Assembly (NCBI GenBank): GCA_949840345.1
Contig: CATKWX010000008.1
Span: 1,801 to 65,800 of the forward strand
Direction of reading: 5' to 3'
DNA from: an uncultured Eubacteriales bacterium
GTDB lineage: Bacteria; Bacillota; Clostridia; TANB77; CAG-508
Length of the DNA: 64,000 nucleotides
A program made the translations under genes and the position numbers. Under the pieces are notes generated by a model. It did no database searches, was not told where the DNA came from, and worked only from the letters and a program-made list of their open reading frames with translations. Each line of letters begins with the position of its first letter. Position 1 is the stretch's first letter. Positions 53,039-62,851 of the stretch are shown here, piece after piece.

Positions 53039-53323
53039 ATGTCTGAAATAAACTCAACCACACCTTGGCAAGACCTAACAATAGGTGGAAATATATATGA
53101 AGCTGGAAATGCAAAAAATTTTAAAACAGGAGACTGGAGAAGTGTAAAGCCAATATACTTATCTGAAAAATGTAAACAATGTGGTTTATGTTTTCCAGTT
53201 TGCCCAGATGATGCAATACCAGTAAATAAAGAACAAAAAAGAGAAGATTTTAATTACGATATGTGTAAAGGTTGCGGAGTATGTGCAAAAGTATGCCCAT
53301 TTGGTGCAATCGAAATGCAGTAA
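53039..53323 (+). CDS. porD: 2-oxoacid:ferredoxin oxidoreductase delta subunit (2x[4Fe-4S]).
   Basis: Two CxxCxxCxxxCP motifs. Confidence 0.8.
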   Translation: MSEINSTTPWQDLTIGGNIYEAGNAKNFKTGDWRSVKPIYLSEKCKQCGLCFPVCPDDAIPVNKEQKREDFNYDMCKGCGVCAKVCPFGAIEMQ

Positions 53324-53330
53324 ATATATA

Positions 53331-53462
53331 TTGCAAACATTGTAGGGGCACCGTTTGCGGGAATACCCTGTAGGGAACGACGCCCTCGTCGTTCCGCAGA
53401 CACCACTGTGCCCTTGTTAATGAATAGTGAAGAGTACAAAATTCTTCCAATTTTGAAAGGAG
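53331..53462 (+). repeat. Nested repeat: a type-D element (GTAGGGGCACCGTTTGCGGGAATACCC|...|GCAGACACCACTGTGCCC) interrupted by a complete type-A element (TGTAGGGAACGACGCCCTCGTCGTTCC), followed by AGTGAA repeats plus hairpin plus RBS.
   Basis: Comparison with uninterrupted D copies at 47275 and 54669. Confidence 0.6.
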
Positions 53463-53470
53463 AAATAAAA

Positions 53471-54652
53471 ATGTCAATAAGAGAACGTTTAAGTGGAAAT
53501 GAAGCAGCAGCAATAGCTATGAAACAAATAAATCCAGATGTAGTAGCAGCATTTCCAATAACACCATCAACAGAAATACCACAATATTTTTCAAGTTTCG
53601 TAAGCAATGGAGCGGTGGATACAGAATTTGTAGCAGTAGAAAGTGAACATAGTGCAATGAGTGCTTGTATCGGAGCAGAGGCAGCAGGAGCTAGAGCAAT
53701 GACAGCGACTTCATCTAATGGTTTATCTTTAATGTGGGAAATGATATATATAGCTTCAAGTTTAAGATTACCTATAGTAATGTCTCTAGTAAATAGAGCA
53801 GTATCAGGACCTCTAAACATACATAATGACCATTCAGATGCAATGGGAGTTAGAGATTCTGGTTGGATACAATTATTTTCAGAAAATAATCAAGAAGCAT
53901 ATGACAATTTAGTTATGGCACATAGAATAGCAGAACATAAAGATGTATTATTGCCATTAATGGTATGTCAAGATGGATTTATAACATCACACTCAATAGA
54001 AAATATAGAATTAATAGAAGATGATCTAGTAAAGAAATTTGTTGGAACATATAAACCAGAGCATTACTTATTAAATGACAAAGAGCCTATGGCAGTTGGA
54101 CCTTTAGATTTACAAGCATATTTATTTGAACATAAAAGACAACAAGCTGAGGCTATGAGAAATGCAAAAAAAGTTGTATTAGAAGTTTCAAAAGAATTCG
54201 AAAAAATGACAGGAAGAAAATATGGTTTCTTTGAAGAATACAAATTAGAAGATGCAGAAATTGCAATAGTTTGTATGAACTCAACAGCCGGAACTACAAA
54301 GTATACAGTAGATAAATTAAGAGAAAAAGGAATTAAAGCTGGGTTATTAAAAATAAGAATGTTTAGACCATTTCCAACAGAAGAAGTTGCAAAAGCATTA
54401 TCACACTTAAAAGCAGTTGCAGTACTTGATAAAGCAGATTCTTTAAATGGGGCTGGTGGAGCTCTATTTGAAGATGTAATATCTAGTATGTATGTATCAA
54501 ACATACATGTACCAACTGTAAATTATGTATATGGTATTGGTGGAAGAGATACAAAAGCAGACGATATAGAAAAAGTGTACAATGATTTAAGTGAAATTGT
54601 AAAAACAGGAAATATAAATAATCCATACAGATATTTAGGAGTAAGAGAATAA
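53471..54652 (+). CDS. porA: 2-oxoacid:ferredoxin oxidoreductase alpha subunit.
   Basis: POR alpha family; ATG with RBS at 53471 (the track start 53408 is inside the repeat). Confidence 0.8.
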   Translation: MSIRERLSGNEAAAIAMKQINPDVVAAFPITPSTEIPQYFSSFVSNGAVDTEFVAVESEHSAMSACIGAEAAGARAMTATSSNGLSLMWEMIYIASSLRLPIVMSLVNRAVSGPLNIHNDHSDAMGVRDSGWIQLFSENNQEAYDNLVMAHRIAEHKDVLLPLMVCQDGFITSHSIENIELIEDDLVKKFVGTYKPEHYLLNDKEPMAVGPLDLQAYLFEHKRQQAEAMRNAKKVVLEVSKEFEKMTGRKYGFFEEYKLEDAEIAIVCMNSTAGTTKYTVDKLREKGIKAGLLKIRMFRPFPTEEVAKALSHLKAVAVLDKADSLNGAGGALFEDVISSMYVSNIHVPTVNYVYGIGGRDTKADDIEKVYNDLSEIVKTGNINNPYRYLGVRE

Positions 54653-54668
54653 TAATAAATGGTTAAAA

Positions 54669-54720
54669 TGTAGGGGCACCGTTTGTGGGAATACCCGTTA
54701 GGTTACGACACCACTGTGCC
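54669..54720 (+). repeat. Type-D palindromic element.
   Basis: GTAGGGGCACCGTTTGTGGGAATACCCGTTAGGTTACGACACCACTGTGCCC. Confidence 0.6.
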
Positions 54721-54746
54721 CAGGATAAAAGGAGGAGAAAAATAAA

Positions 54747-55701
54747 ATGGCATATAATCATAAAGAAATAATTGCAAACCGTCCATCTAGATTTACATCT
54801 GGGCATAGAATGTGTGCAGGATGTGGTGCACCACCAGTAGCAAGAATGGTATTAAGAGCATTAAAACCAGAAGACCATGCAGTAATAACAGGTGCAACAG
54901 GTTGTATGGAAGTTTCAACATTTATATATCCATATACAGCGTGGACAGATTCATTTATACACACAGCATTTGAATGTGCAGGTGCAACTTGTTCAGGAGT
55001 TGAAGCTGCATATAAATCAATGAAGGCTCAAGGAAAATTGCCACAAGATAAAGATACAAAGTTTATAGCATTTGGAGGAGACCGGAGGAACTTACGATAT
55101 AGGAATACAAAGTTTATCTGGTGCAATGGAAAGAGGACACGATATGGTATATGTATGCTATGATAACGGAGCATATATGAATACTGGTATTCAAAGATCT
55201 TCTGCAACACCAAAATTTGCAGATACAACAACAACACCAGCAGGAACAAAAGTGCCTGGAAAAATGCAATCAAGAAAAGATTTAACTTTAATAATGGCAA
55301 ATCATCATTTACCATATGTTGCACAAACTGCTGCTATAATGAACTTTAAAGATTTATATGAAAAATCTGAAAAAGCAATATATACAAAAGGAGCATGTTT
55401 CCTAAATGTATTAGCACCATGCCCAAGAGGTTGGGGATATCCAACAGAAATGCTAATGGAAATAAATAAGCTTGCAGTTGAAACTTGCTATTGGCCATTA
55501 TATGAAGTAGAAAATGGAAAGTATAAAATAACCTATAAACCAGCAAAGAAATTGCCAATAGAAGAGTTCTTAAAACCACAAAAAAGATTTAAACATATGT
55601 TTAAACCAGGAAATGAATGGATGATAGAAGAATTCCAAAAAGAAGTAGATGCAAGATGGGAAGAACTATTAAGATTAGAAGAAATAACAAATAAGGAATA
55701 A
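54747..55701 (+). pseudogene. porB: 2-oxoacid:ferredoxin oxidoreductase beta subunit (TPP-binding). The frame breaks at an in-frame CGG (~55083); the +1 frame restores 'FGGDGGTYDIGIQ'.
   Basis: Track ORFs 54747-55163 and 55072-55701 join seamlessly with a +1 shift after 'GAC CGG'. Confidence 0.7.
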
Positions 55702-55745
55702 ACCAAAAAACTCCAACTCTTTTAAGAGCTGGAGTTTTTTTGGTT
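55701..55745. terminator. Bidirectional terminator (AAAAAACTCCAGCTCTTAAAAGAGTTGGAGTTTTTTTGG).
   Basis: Perfect stem plus U-runs on both strands. Confidence 0.7.
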
Positions 55746-55764
55746 AACCTGAAAAATTTTGGCA

Positions 55765-56082
55765 TTAGTCGATGTAAATTCCTATTGCTGCATCGAATTT
55801 TGAGTTATGGCAGCATTTGCGAAAAGCCATAATAGCATCCCATATAAAGGGGTCAGCGTCTTTGGCAACAAAGTCCAACAAGCGATAGAATTCGCTGGGA
55901 TAATCTGCTTGACCGTTGAGAAGCAAGCCCTTAATTAAAAGATGTGCTTCATTGTCCTGGCTTTTGACAAACCGGAAGTCTTCTCCATACAAGGAAATTA
56001 CGTGAATTTTACGAGTTTTCTTGGATACATAAATGTACCCAGTTTGCGTCATCTGAAATTTTTCAAAGTCACGAATGTTCAT
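55765..56082 (-). CDS. Hypothetical small protein (105 aa), GC-richer than its surroundings; contains an in-frame CGG.
   Basis: ORF only. Confidence 0.35.
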   Translation of the reverse strand: MNIRDFEKFQMTQTGYIYVSKKTRKIHVISLYGEDFRFVKSQDNEAHLLIKGLLLNGQADYPSEFYRLLDFVAKDADPFIWDAIMAFRKCCHNSKFDAAIGIYID

Positions 56083-56216
56083 AAGAACCTCCTATAATGT
56101 TGTAGTAAATCTAAAGTGAAAAAGATTTACTTTGGTTAAAAGGAATAGTACAAGTATATCAAAACAAACACATTATGTCAATATTGAATATTTAACATGA
56201 TTTGTGATAATATAAT

Positions 56217-56270
56217 ATGGGCATCGTTTGTGGGAATACCCGTTAGATTATGACACCACTGTGCCCTAAT
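56217..56270 (+). repeat. Type-D element lacking the GTAGGGG head.
   Basis: ATGGGCATCGTTTGTGGGAATACCCGTTAGATTATGACACCACTGTGCCC. Confidence 0.55.
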
Positions 56271-56297
56271 AAGAATAGCAAAAAATAGGAGAAATAA

Positions 56298-57530
56298 ATG
56301 GATATAATTGATATTGCAAACAAAATAAATAATGCAGGGGGAAGACTATATTTAGTTGGTGGGGCTTTAAGAGATGAAGTAATGGGAAAAGAAAAACATG
56401 ATGAAGATTATTGTGTAACTGGCTTATCCTCAGAAGAATTTTTGAATCTTTTTCCTATGGCACATACAAGAGGAAAAAGCTTCGAGGTATATGATATAGA
56501 AGGCAAAGAATTTGCTTTAGCAAGAATTGATAGAAAATCTGGATTAGGACATAAGGAATTTGAAATAACAACAGATAAGTCTATAACAATTGAGCAAGAT
56601 TTAGAAAGAAGAGATATAACTGTAAATTCAATTGCAAAGGATGTTTTAACAGGAGAAATTATAGACCCATTTGGAGGAATAAAAGATATAAAAAATAAAA
56701 TAATAAAAGCTACATCAAAAGCATTTGCGGAAGACCCATTAAGAGTATATAGAGTTGCTAGGTTTGCAGCTCAGCTAGAGTTTAATATAGATATACACAC
56801 ATTAGAGTTAATGAGTAGTTTAAAAAATGAATTAAATACATTATCAAAAGAAAGGGTATTCGAAGAATTTAAAAAAGCAATGTCACAAAATAAGCCATCA
56901 ATATTTTTTGAAATTTTAAGGAAAGCAAATGTGTTAGATGTGCATTTTATAGAAATATATAATTTAATTGGAGCCTTACAACCGATACAATATCATCCAG
57001 AAGGAGACGCATATAACCATACAATGATTGTACTAGATGAAATTTCTAAAAATACAAAAGACTTAAAAGTAAGATTTGCAGGTTTAGTACACGATTTAGG
57101 AAAAGGGCTAACTCCGAAAGAAAAATATCCTCATCATTATGGTCACGATAAAAATGGAGTAAAACTAGTAGGAAATTTGGGAAATAGAATTTGTGTACCA
57201 AATGCATGGATTAAGTGTGGGAAGGTTTCGGCAGACGAACATATGAGAGGTGGAATTTTTCATAAAATGAAGCCATCAAGACAAGTTCAATTTCTAGAAA
57301 AAGTATCAAAATCATATTTAGGGTTAGATGGGTTGCAATTAGTTGTAAACGCAGATAAAGGTACGAGAGGAGATGCAAATGAATTCGCTAATTTAGGTAA
57401 AAAAATGTTACAAGAAATAGATGGAGAATATATTTTTAAAAAATATGGTAAGCTAGACGGATTAGAAATAAAGGAAAAATTATATGAAAATAGAGTTAGA
57501 TGGATAATTTCACAAAAAAACTTGACATAA
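56298..57530 (+). CDS. cca: CCA-adding tRNA nucleotidyltransferase (Pol-beta NT domain plus HD domain).
   Basis: 'GGRLYLVGGALRDEVMG' and downstream HD motifs. Confidence 0.8.
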   Translation: MDIIDIANKINNAGGRLYLVGGALRDEVMGKEKHDEDYCVTGLSSEEFLNLFPMAHTRGKSFEVYDIEGKEFALARIDRKSGLGHKEFEITTDKSITIEQDLERRDITVNSIAKDVLTGEIIDPFGGIKDIKNKIIKATSKAFAEDPLRVYRVARFAAQLEFNIDIHTLELMSSLKNELNTLSKERVFEEFKKAMSQNKPSIFFEILRKANVLDVHFIEIYNLIGALQPIQYHPEGDAYNHTMIVLDEISKNTKDLKVRFAGLVHDLGKGLTPKEKYPHHYGHDKNGVKLVGNLGNRICVPNAWIKCGKVSADEHMRGGIFHKMKPSRQVQFLEKVSKSYLGLDGLQLVVNADKGTRGDANEFANLGKKMLQEIDGEYIFKKYGKLDGLEIKEKLYENRVRWIISQKNLT

Positions 57531-57544
57531 TCCAAAAAATGATG

Positions 57545-57790
57545 TATAATTTAATCGTACTTGGGAAACTGAGTGAAAAATCATGAAGGGAGGATCAGGT
57601 TATGAACTGTAGAGCACCGAATATAGGAATTTGTTTGAACATTAATTAAACACCGACGCTGCGGCCATAGAAGGTCTAATATGAAACGGTACATGACTGG
57701 TTTTACCTAGAGTATTTATTTGTTGACAAATCTATTGGCGACAAAATTTACTCTCCCCCATTTTATGGGGGGCTTTTTTTTTTATGATTT
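57545..57790 (+). ncRNA. Candidate small RNA or leader: an extended -10 (TGATGTATAAT), a 15-codon mini-ORF with a strong RBS, and a strong terminator (CTCCCCCATTTTATGGGGGGCTTTTTTTTTT).
   Basis: Promoter-to-terminator unit of about 230 nt between cca and minD with no substantial ORF. Confidence 0.3.
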
Positions 57791-57869
57791 CATTGACTTT
57801 TTTTGAAAAAAAAGGTAATATATATAGTAGTTATTTAGAGTAACTAATTTTTGAGGAGGAAAAATAGTT

Positions 57870-58664
57870 ATGGGAGAAGTAATAGTAATCACATCAGGAA
57901 AAGGTGGCGTAGGAAAAACAACAACAACAGCTAATTTAGGAGCAGCCCTAGCATTAGAAGGGAAAAAAGTAGTGTTAATAGACACAGATATCGGTCTTAG
58001 AAACCTAGACGTAGTTATGGGATTAGAAAATAGAATAGTATACGATATAGTAGATGTAGTAGAAGAAAAGTGTAAATTGAGACAAGCCTTAATAAAAGAT
58101 AAAAGATTTGATGAGCTTTTCTTATTACCAGCAGCACAAACAAAAGATAAAAGTGCTGTAAATGAAGTTCAAATGAGAGAGTTAGTTAATAAATTAAAAG
58201 AAGAATTCGATTACATATTAATAGACTGCCCTGCAGGAATAGAACAAGGATTTAAAAATGCTATAGCTGGTGCAACTAGAGCAATAGTTGTTACAACAGC
58301 AGAAATATCTGCAATAAGAGATGCAGACAGAATTATAGGTTTATTAGAATCATCAGAAATAAAAAATCCAGAATTAATAGTTAATAGATTGAGACCATCA
58401 ATGGTAAAAAAAGGTGAAATGATGGATGTTGATGATATCATAGATTTATTATCAATAGACTTAATAGGAGTTGTACCAGATGATGAACACATAATAAGCC
58501 AAACCAATAAAGGAGAGCCAGTAATACAAAATAAACACGCACCTTCAGGAAAAGCATATTTAGAAATAGCAAAAAGAGTATTAGGTGAAAATATCGATAT
58601 AACTATACCTGGCAAAGAAAATTCGTTCATAGCGAAAATAAAAGCGTTTTTTGCAAGAAAATAA
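57870..58664 (+). CDS. minD: Septum site-determining ATPase MinD.
   Basis: Deviant Walker A 'SGKGGVGKTT'. Confidence 0.9.
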   Translation: MGEVIVITSGKGGVGKTTTTANLGAALALEGKKVVLIDTDIGLRNLDVVMGLENRIVYDIVDVVEEKCKLRQALIKDKRFDELFLLPAAQTKDKSAVNEVQMRELVNKLKEEFDYILIDCPAGIEQGFKNAIAGATRAIVVTTAEISAIRDADRIIGLLESSEIKNPELIVNRLRPSMVKKGEMMDVDDIIDLLSIDLIGVVPDDEHIISQTNKGEPVIQNKHAPSGKAYLEIAKRVLGENIDITIPGKENSFIAKIKAFFARK

Positions 58665-58692
58665 TTAATACATACGGTTTGGGGGATGGAAG

Positions 58693-59358
58693 ATGTTTGA
58701 GAATATTGCTAATTTTTTTAGAAAATTAATGAAATCAGAAAAAAAAGAGCAAGGGTCAAGAGATGCAGCAAAAGAAAGATTACACCTAGTATTAATGCAA
58801 GATAGAGCAAATGTGTCAGCTGACTTTTTAGAACTAATGAAACAAGAAATAATTGATGTTATAAAAAAATATATAGAAGTAGATGAAAAAGAAATAGATG
58901 TTAGATTAACAAACAAGGAAAATGAAGATGGAACAAATGGAGCACCTGCGTTATATGCCAATATACCAATTTTAAATATTAGAAATGAAATGAAAAAAGA
59001 AGTTATGACAGAAAAGCAAGTTGAAAATACAGAAACCGAAAACAGTGAAGACGTAGGGACTTTAACTTCTAATTCGGAAGAAATGCAAGAAAATCAAAGT
59101 AAGGAAGAAACAAAACAAGAAAACATAGATGTAGAGGTAAGCATTGCTTGTCCGGAAGAAATACAAGAAAATCAAAATAATGGAGAAATGAAACAAGACA
59201 ATGCAGATGTAGAGACAAGCATTGCTCGTCCAGAAGAAATGCAAGAAAATCAAAATAATGAAGAAACTAAACAAGAAAATATTGAAAACATAGAAGAACA
59301 AAGTATTGAAACTGTTAATGTACAACCAGAAGTAGTTAATCAAACAAATAATATATAA
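58693..59358 (+). CDS. minE: MinE topological specificity factor with an unusual ~130 aa acidic C-terminal extension. The extension is built from ~81 bp tandem repeats that include palindromic-element-like sequence.
   Basis: The MinE core occupies the N-terminal ~90 aa. Repeats 'EEMQENQ..EETKQENIDVEVSIACPEE' x3 correspond to DNA 'GATGTAGAGGTAAGCATTGCTTGTCCGGAAG' and 'GATGTAGAGACAAGCATTGCTCGTCCAGAAG'. Confidence 0.7.
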   Translation: MFENIANFFRKLMKSEKKEQGSRDAAKERLHLVLMQDRANVSADFLELMKQEIIDVIKKYIEVDEKEIDVRLTNKENEDGTNGAPALYANIPILNIRNEMKKEVMTEKQVENTETENSEDVGTLTSNSEEMQENQSKEETKQENIDVEVSIACPEEIQENQNNGEMKQDNADVETSIARPEEMQENQNNEETKQENIENIEEQSIETVNVQPEVVNQTNNI

Positions 59359-59449
59359 ACATTTTAGATAAATTTTTAAAGGGCGTAATCAATGTGTTAC
59401 GCCTTATATAATATTAGGAAACAGAGAAATTCGACTTTTGATTGATATA

Positions 59450-59530
59450 ATGCGGGCGGACTTAGAGGCCCGCCACTACAAAAAACATATTGCAAACTTT
59501 GTAGGGGTCAATGCTCACATTGACCCGTTT
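59450..59530 (+). repeat. Two palindromic elements (GCGGGCGGACTTAGAGGCCCGCC; CATATTGCAAACTTTGTAGGGGTCAATGCTCACATTGACCC) in the rodA 5' region.
   Basis: Family members. Confidence 0.55.
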
Positions 59531-59574
59531 AGGCGAAGTTTAATTTACATATTGGAAAGGAATTGCTACTAACA

Positions 59575-60676
59575 ATGAATAAAAGAAATTTAAAAAATAC
59601 AGAATGGAGCATATTAATAATAAGTTTGGTACTATTCATAATAGGAATAGTTGCACTATATTCTTGCACCCAAGCTACTGAATTTGACGAAATGAAAAAG
59701 CAAATAATATGGTTTGTAGTAAGCATACCAATATTAATTGTATTTTTTGTTGTAGATTATAATTTAATAAGCAAAGCTTCATACGTAGCATATGGTATAT
59801 TTATTCTTTTGTTAGTAGGTGTTTTATTTACACCAGAAATAAATGGAGCAAGAAGTTGGTTTAACATTGGAGCATTTTCACTTCAACCTGGAGAGTTTGC
59901 AAAAGTGTTTGTTGTAATACTGTTTTCCACAATAATATGCAAATTTCAAGAAAAAGGAAAAAATGAAATAAATAAACCTTGGAAATTAATCTTATCATTG
60001 ATGGTTGTAATATTACCAACATTGTTAATTATAATACAGCCGGATATAGGAACAGCAGCTGCATTTATTGTATCTACAATTTTCATTTTATTTGTAGCAG
60101 GAATAGATAAAAAATATATAATAGTAACTTGTGCTTTAATAGTGATATTAGTACCATTAATATATATGTTTGTATTGCCAGATCACGCAAAAACTAGAAT
60201 AGACGTATTCTTAAATCCTAATTTAGACCCTAGAGGTTCTGGATACAATGTAATTCAGTCTAAATTAGCAGTTGGCGCAGGAAAAGTATTTGGGATGGGA
60301 ATTTTAAAAGGAAACCAAACACAATTGGGATTTTTGTATCCTAAAACTACAGACTTTATATTTGCAGTAGTTGGAGAAGAAATGGGATTTATAATTTCAG
60401 CTGCAATAGTTATATTATATGTGCTATTACTAACTAAAGCCATATATATTGCAAAAACTGCTAAAGACGATTTAGGCTCATATGTAGCCACAGGAATAGT
60501 TCGGAATACTGTTTTTTCATGTATTAGAAAATATAGGCATGACCGTAGGACTATTGCCAATTACAGGAGTTCCATTGCCTTTTATAAGTTATGGAGGAAG
60601 TTCACTTATAACAAATTTTATATGCATAGGTATATTGATGAATATTAGTTCTAGACGCCAAAAAACAATATTTTAG
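59575..60676 (+). pseudogene. rodA: FtsW/RodA-family peptidoglycan glycosyltransferase. The frame is broken at an in-frame CGG (~60502); the +1 frame gives the conserved '...LPITGVPLPFISYGGSSLITNF...' C-terminus.
   Basis: The track ORF 59563-60648 ends in nonsense; the +1 frame after 'GTT CGG' reads 'GILFFHVLENIGMTVGLLPITGVPLPFISYGGSS'. Confidence 0.7.
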
Positions 60677-60856
60677 TAGTTTGAAAAATAATTAGCATAT
60701 TGTGTCGTTATTTAAAACTAGAAAATCCTCGATGTACAAATGTACACCTCCGGTATTTCTAGTTTTAAATGCCTAGCACTATACTAATTCTTTTTCAAAC
60801 TATTAAAAAAATAATCAGCATATTGCAAACATTGTAGAAAGGAATTTGAACACACA

Positions 60857-61832
60857 ATGTATATACATCCATTAAAAATAGGAAATGTAGAATTAAATAA
60901 CAATATATTGTTAGCACCAATGGCAGGTATAACAGATAAATCCTTTAGAATTATGTGCGAAGAAAAAAGTAATCCACGGACTTGAGTTTACAGAAATGGT
61001 AAGTTCAAAGGCAATATATTACAAAGATGAGAAAACACAAAAATTAGTAAATACAGATAATGAAAAAACTAAAGTAGCTATACAGATATTCGGAAGTGAG
61101 CCAGAGATAATGGCATATTCTGCAAAAGAATTAGAATGTAAGGCAAGCATTATAGATATAAATATGGGATGCCCAGCACCTAAAGTAGTAAAAAATGGAG
61201 ATGGAAGTAAGCTATTATTAAATTTAGAACTAGTATTTGAAATAGTAAGTAAAGTAGTTAATGCAGTGAATGTTCCAGTAACAGTTAAAATGAGAAAGGG
61301 TTGGAACAATACAAATATTGTTGCAGTTGAAGCTGCTAAAATTATAGAAAAAGCAGGTGCAAGTGCTATAACAATACATGGAAGAACGAGGGAGGAGTAT
61401 TATTCAGGGAAAGTAGATTTAGACATAATAAAAAAAGTTAAAGAAGCAGTAAATATACCTGTAATAGGAAATGGAGATATAAAGAATGCTAAAGATGCTT
61501 TAAAAATGTTTGAATATACAAATGTAGATGGAATAATGATTGGAAGAGCAACTTTAGGTAATCCTTGGGTAATAGGGCAGATAAAAGAAGAGTTAAATGG
61601 AAATGTGGCAAATTTGCCTAGCAATGATGAAAAACTTAAAACAATAAAAGAGCATATAGATTTGGAAATAGCAGAAAAAGGAGAGTACATAGGAATAAGG
61701 GAAATGAGAAAGCACATTTCTTGGTATATAAAAAATTTAAAAGATTCAAGTAAAGTAAGAGAAAAAATTAATATATTAGAATCAAAACAAGAAGTTATAG
61801 ATTGTCTAAATGAATATTTTAAAACATTGTAA
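60857..61832 (+). pseudogene. dusB: tRNA-dihydrouridine synthase (DusB-like). The frame is broken at an in-frame CGG (~60977) about 40 codons from the start.
   Basis: N-terminus 'MYIHPLKIGNVELNNNILLAPMAGITDKSFRIMCEEKSNP' then CGG; the +1 frame 'GLEFTEMVSSKAIYY...' continues into the track ORF 60996-61832. Confidence 0.7.
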
Positions 61833-62004
61833 ATATAATTGTAGGGGAAAGAATTTCCTATTGCATAGGAAAAATCGCAAGATTTTTCTAGAGCAACAAG
61901 GTTAAGTTTCATTGATCCGTGCATATTTGCGAAGCAAAATGCACATATGGCGAAGCCACTTTTCTTACAATTATATTTTTTTAAATATATTTAATTGCTT
62001 GCAA

Positions 62005-62100
62005 TAAAAATATTGCATATTGTAGGGGCGCATGATTGCGCCCATTGAAGAGTGAATAATGAAGAGTGAAGAGTACAAAAATCTTCGATTTTTGAGAAAG
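62005..62100 (+). repeat. 5' UTR module: ATATTGCATATTGTAGGGGCGCATGATTGCGCCC (E), AGAGTGAATAATGAAGAGTGAAGAG, TACAAAAATCTTCGATTTTTGAGAAAGG.
   Basis: Near-identical to 31936-31990. Confidence 0.6.
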
Positions 62101-62110
62101 GTTGTGAATT

Positions 62111-62782
62111 ATGAAAAAAAAGGTTTCTATAATAATTGCTATAGTATTAATTATACTTGTAATTTTTTTATTTTTTATAAAAAATAATTATAATTTTTTT
62201 AAATTTGGAAATAATATGAGTAACAAATCAGCTGATGAAATAAAAAATTATATTTTAAATATTGATTCATTTAGTGCAGAGGCATCGGTTACAATAACAA
62301 GTAATAAAACTACAAATACATATACATTTAATCAAAAAATTAAAGGTAATAAGTGCGTTCAGGAACTGCTAGAGCCAGAAAATATTGCAGGATTAAAAAT
62401 ATTGTATGATGGAGTTAATATAAAAATAGAAAATACAAAAATAGGAATATCTAAATTATATGAAAACTATAACTGTATAACCAGTAATTCATTGTGGATA
62501 AATACATTTATCAATGATTATAAAAATGAAACAAATGAAAAAACAATGTATGAAGAAAATAACAAGATTATATTAGAAGTAAAAGTAAAAAATGAAAATA
62601 TATACAATGCAAATAAAAAGCTATATATAGATAAATTGACGGGCAAACCTGTAAAAATGGAAGTACAAGATATTACACAAAACTTAAAGGTTTACATATT
62701 ATATAATAAGGTTGAAATAAATACCTTGCAGGAAGAAAATATAATAGCCTTTAAATTAAATGGTGAAAACGAAGTAATATAA
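62111..62782 (+). CDS. Hypothetical membrane-anchored (N-terminal TM) protein.
   Basis: ORF; hydrophobic N-terminus. Confidence 0.4.
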   Translation: MKKKVSIIIAIVLIILVIFLFFIKNNYNFFKFGNNMSNKSADEIKNYILNIDSFSAEASVTITSNKTTNTYTFNQKIKGNKCVQELLEPENIAGLKILYDGVNIKIENTKIGISKLYENYNCITSNSLWINTFINDYKNETNEKTMYEENNKIILEVKVKNENIYNANKKLYIDKLTGKPVKMEVQDITQNLKVYILYNKVEINTLQEENIIAFKLNGENEVI

Positions 62783-62851
62783 AAATAATAAAAAGTCTTT
62801 CTGCGAAATTTGAACTAATATTTAATATATAAAATATACAAATTAGCAGGA

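Noticed and set aside
52204-53470. Long N-terminal extensions of porG (from 52204) and porA (from 53408) in the ORF track
   Set aside because: These extensions read through the conserved UTR hairpin and RBS. ATG codons with proper SD spacing occur at 52237 and 53471.
59080-59300. CRISPR-like or minisatellite call for the tandem repeats in minE
   Set aside because: The repeats are in-frame coding repeats (81 bp = 27 codons) within a continuous ORF, not spacer-interrupted.
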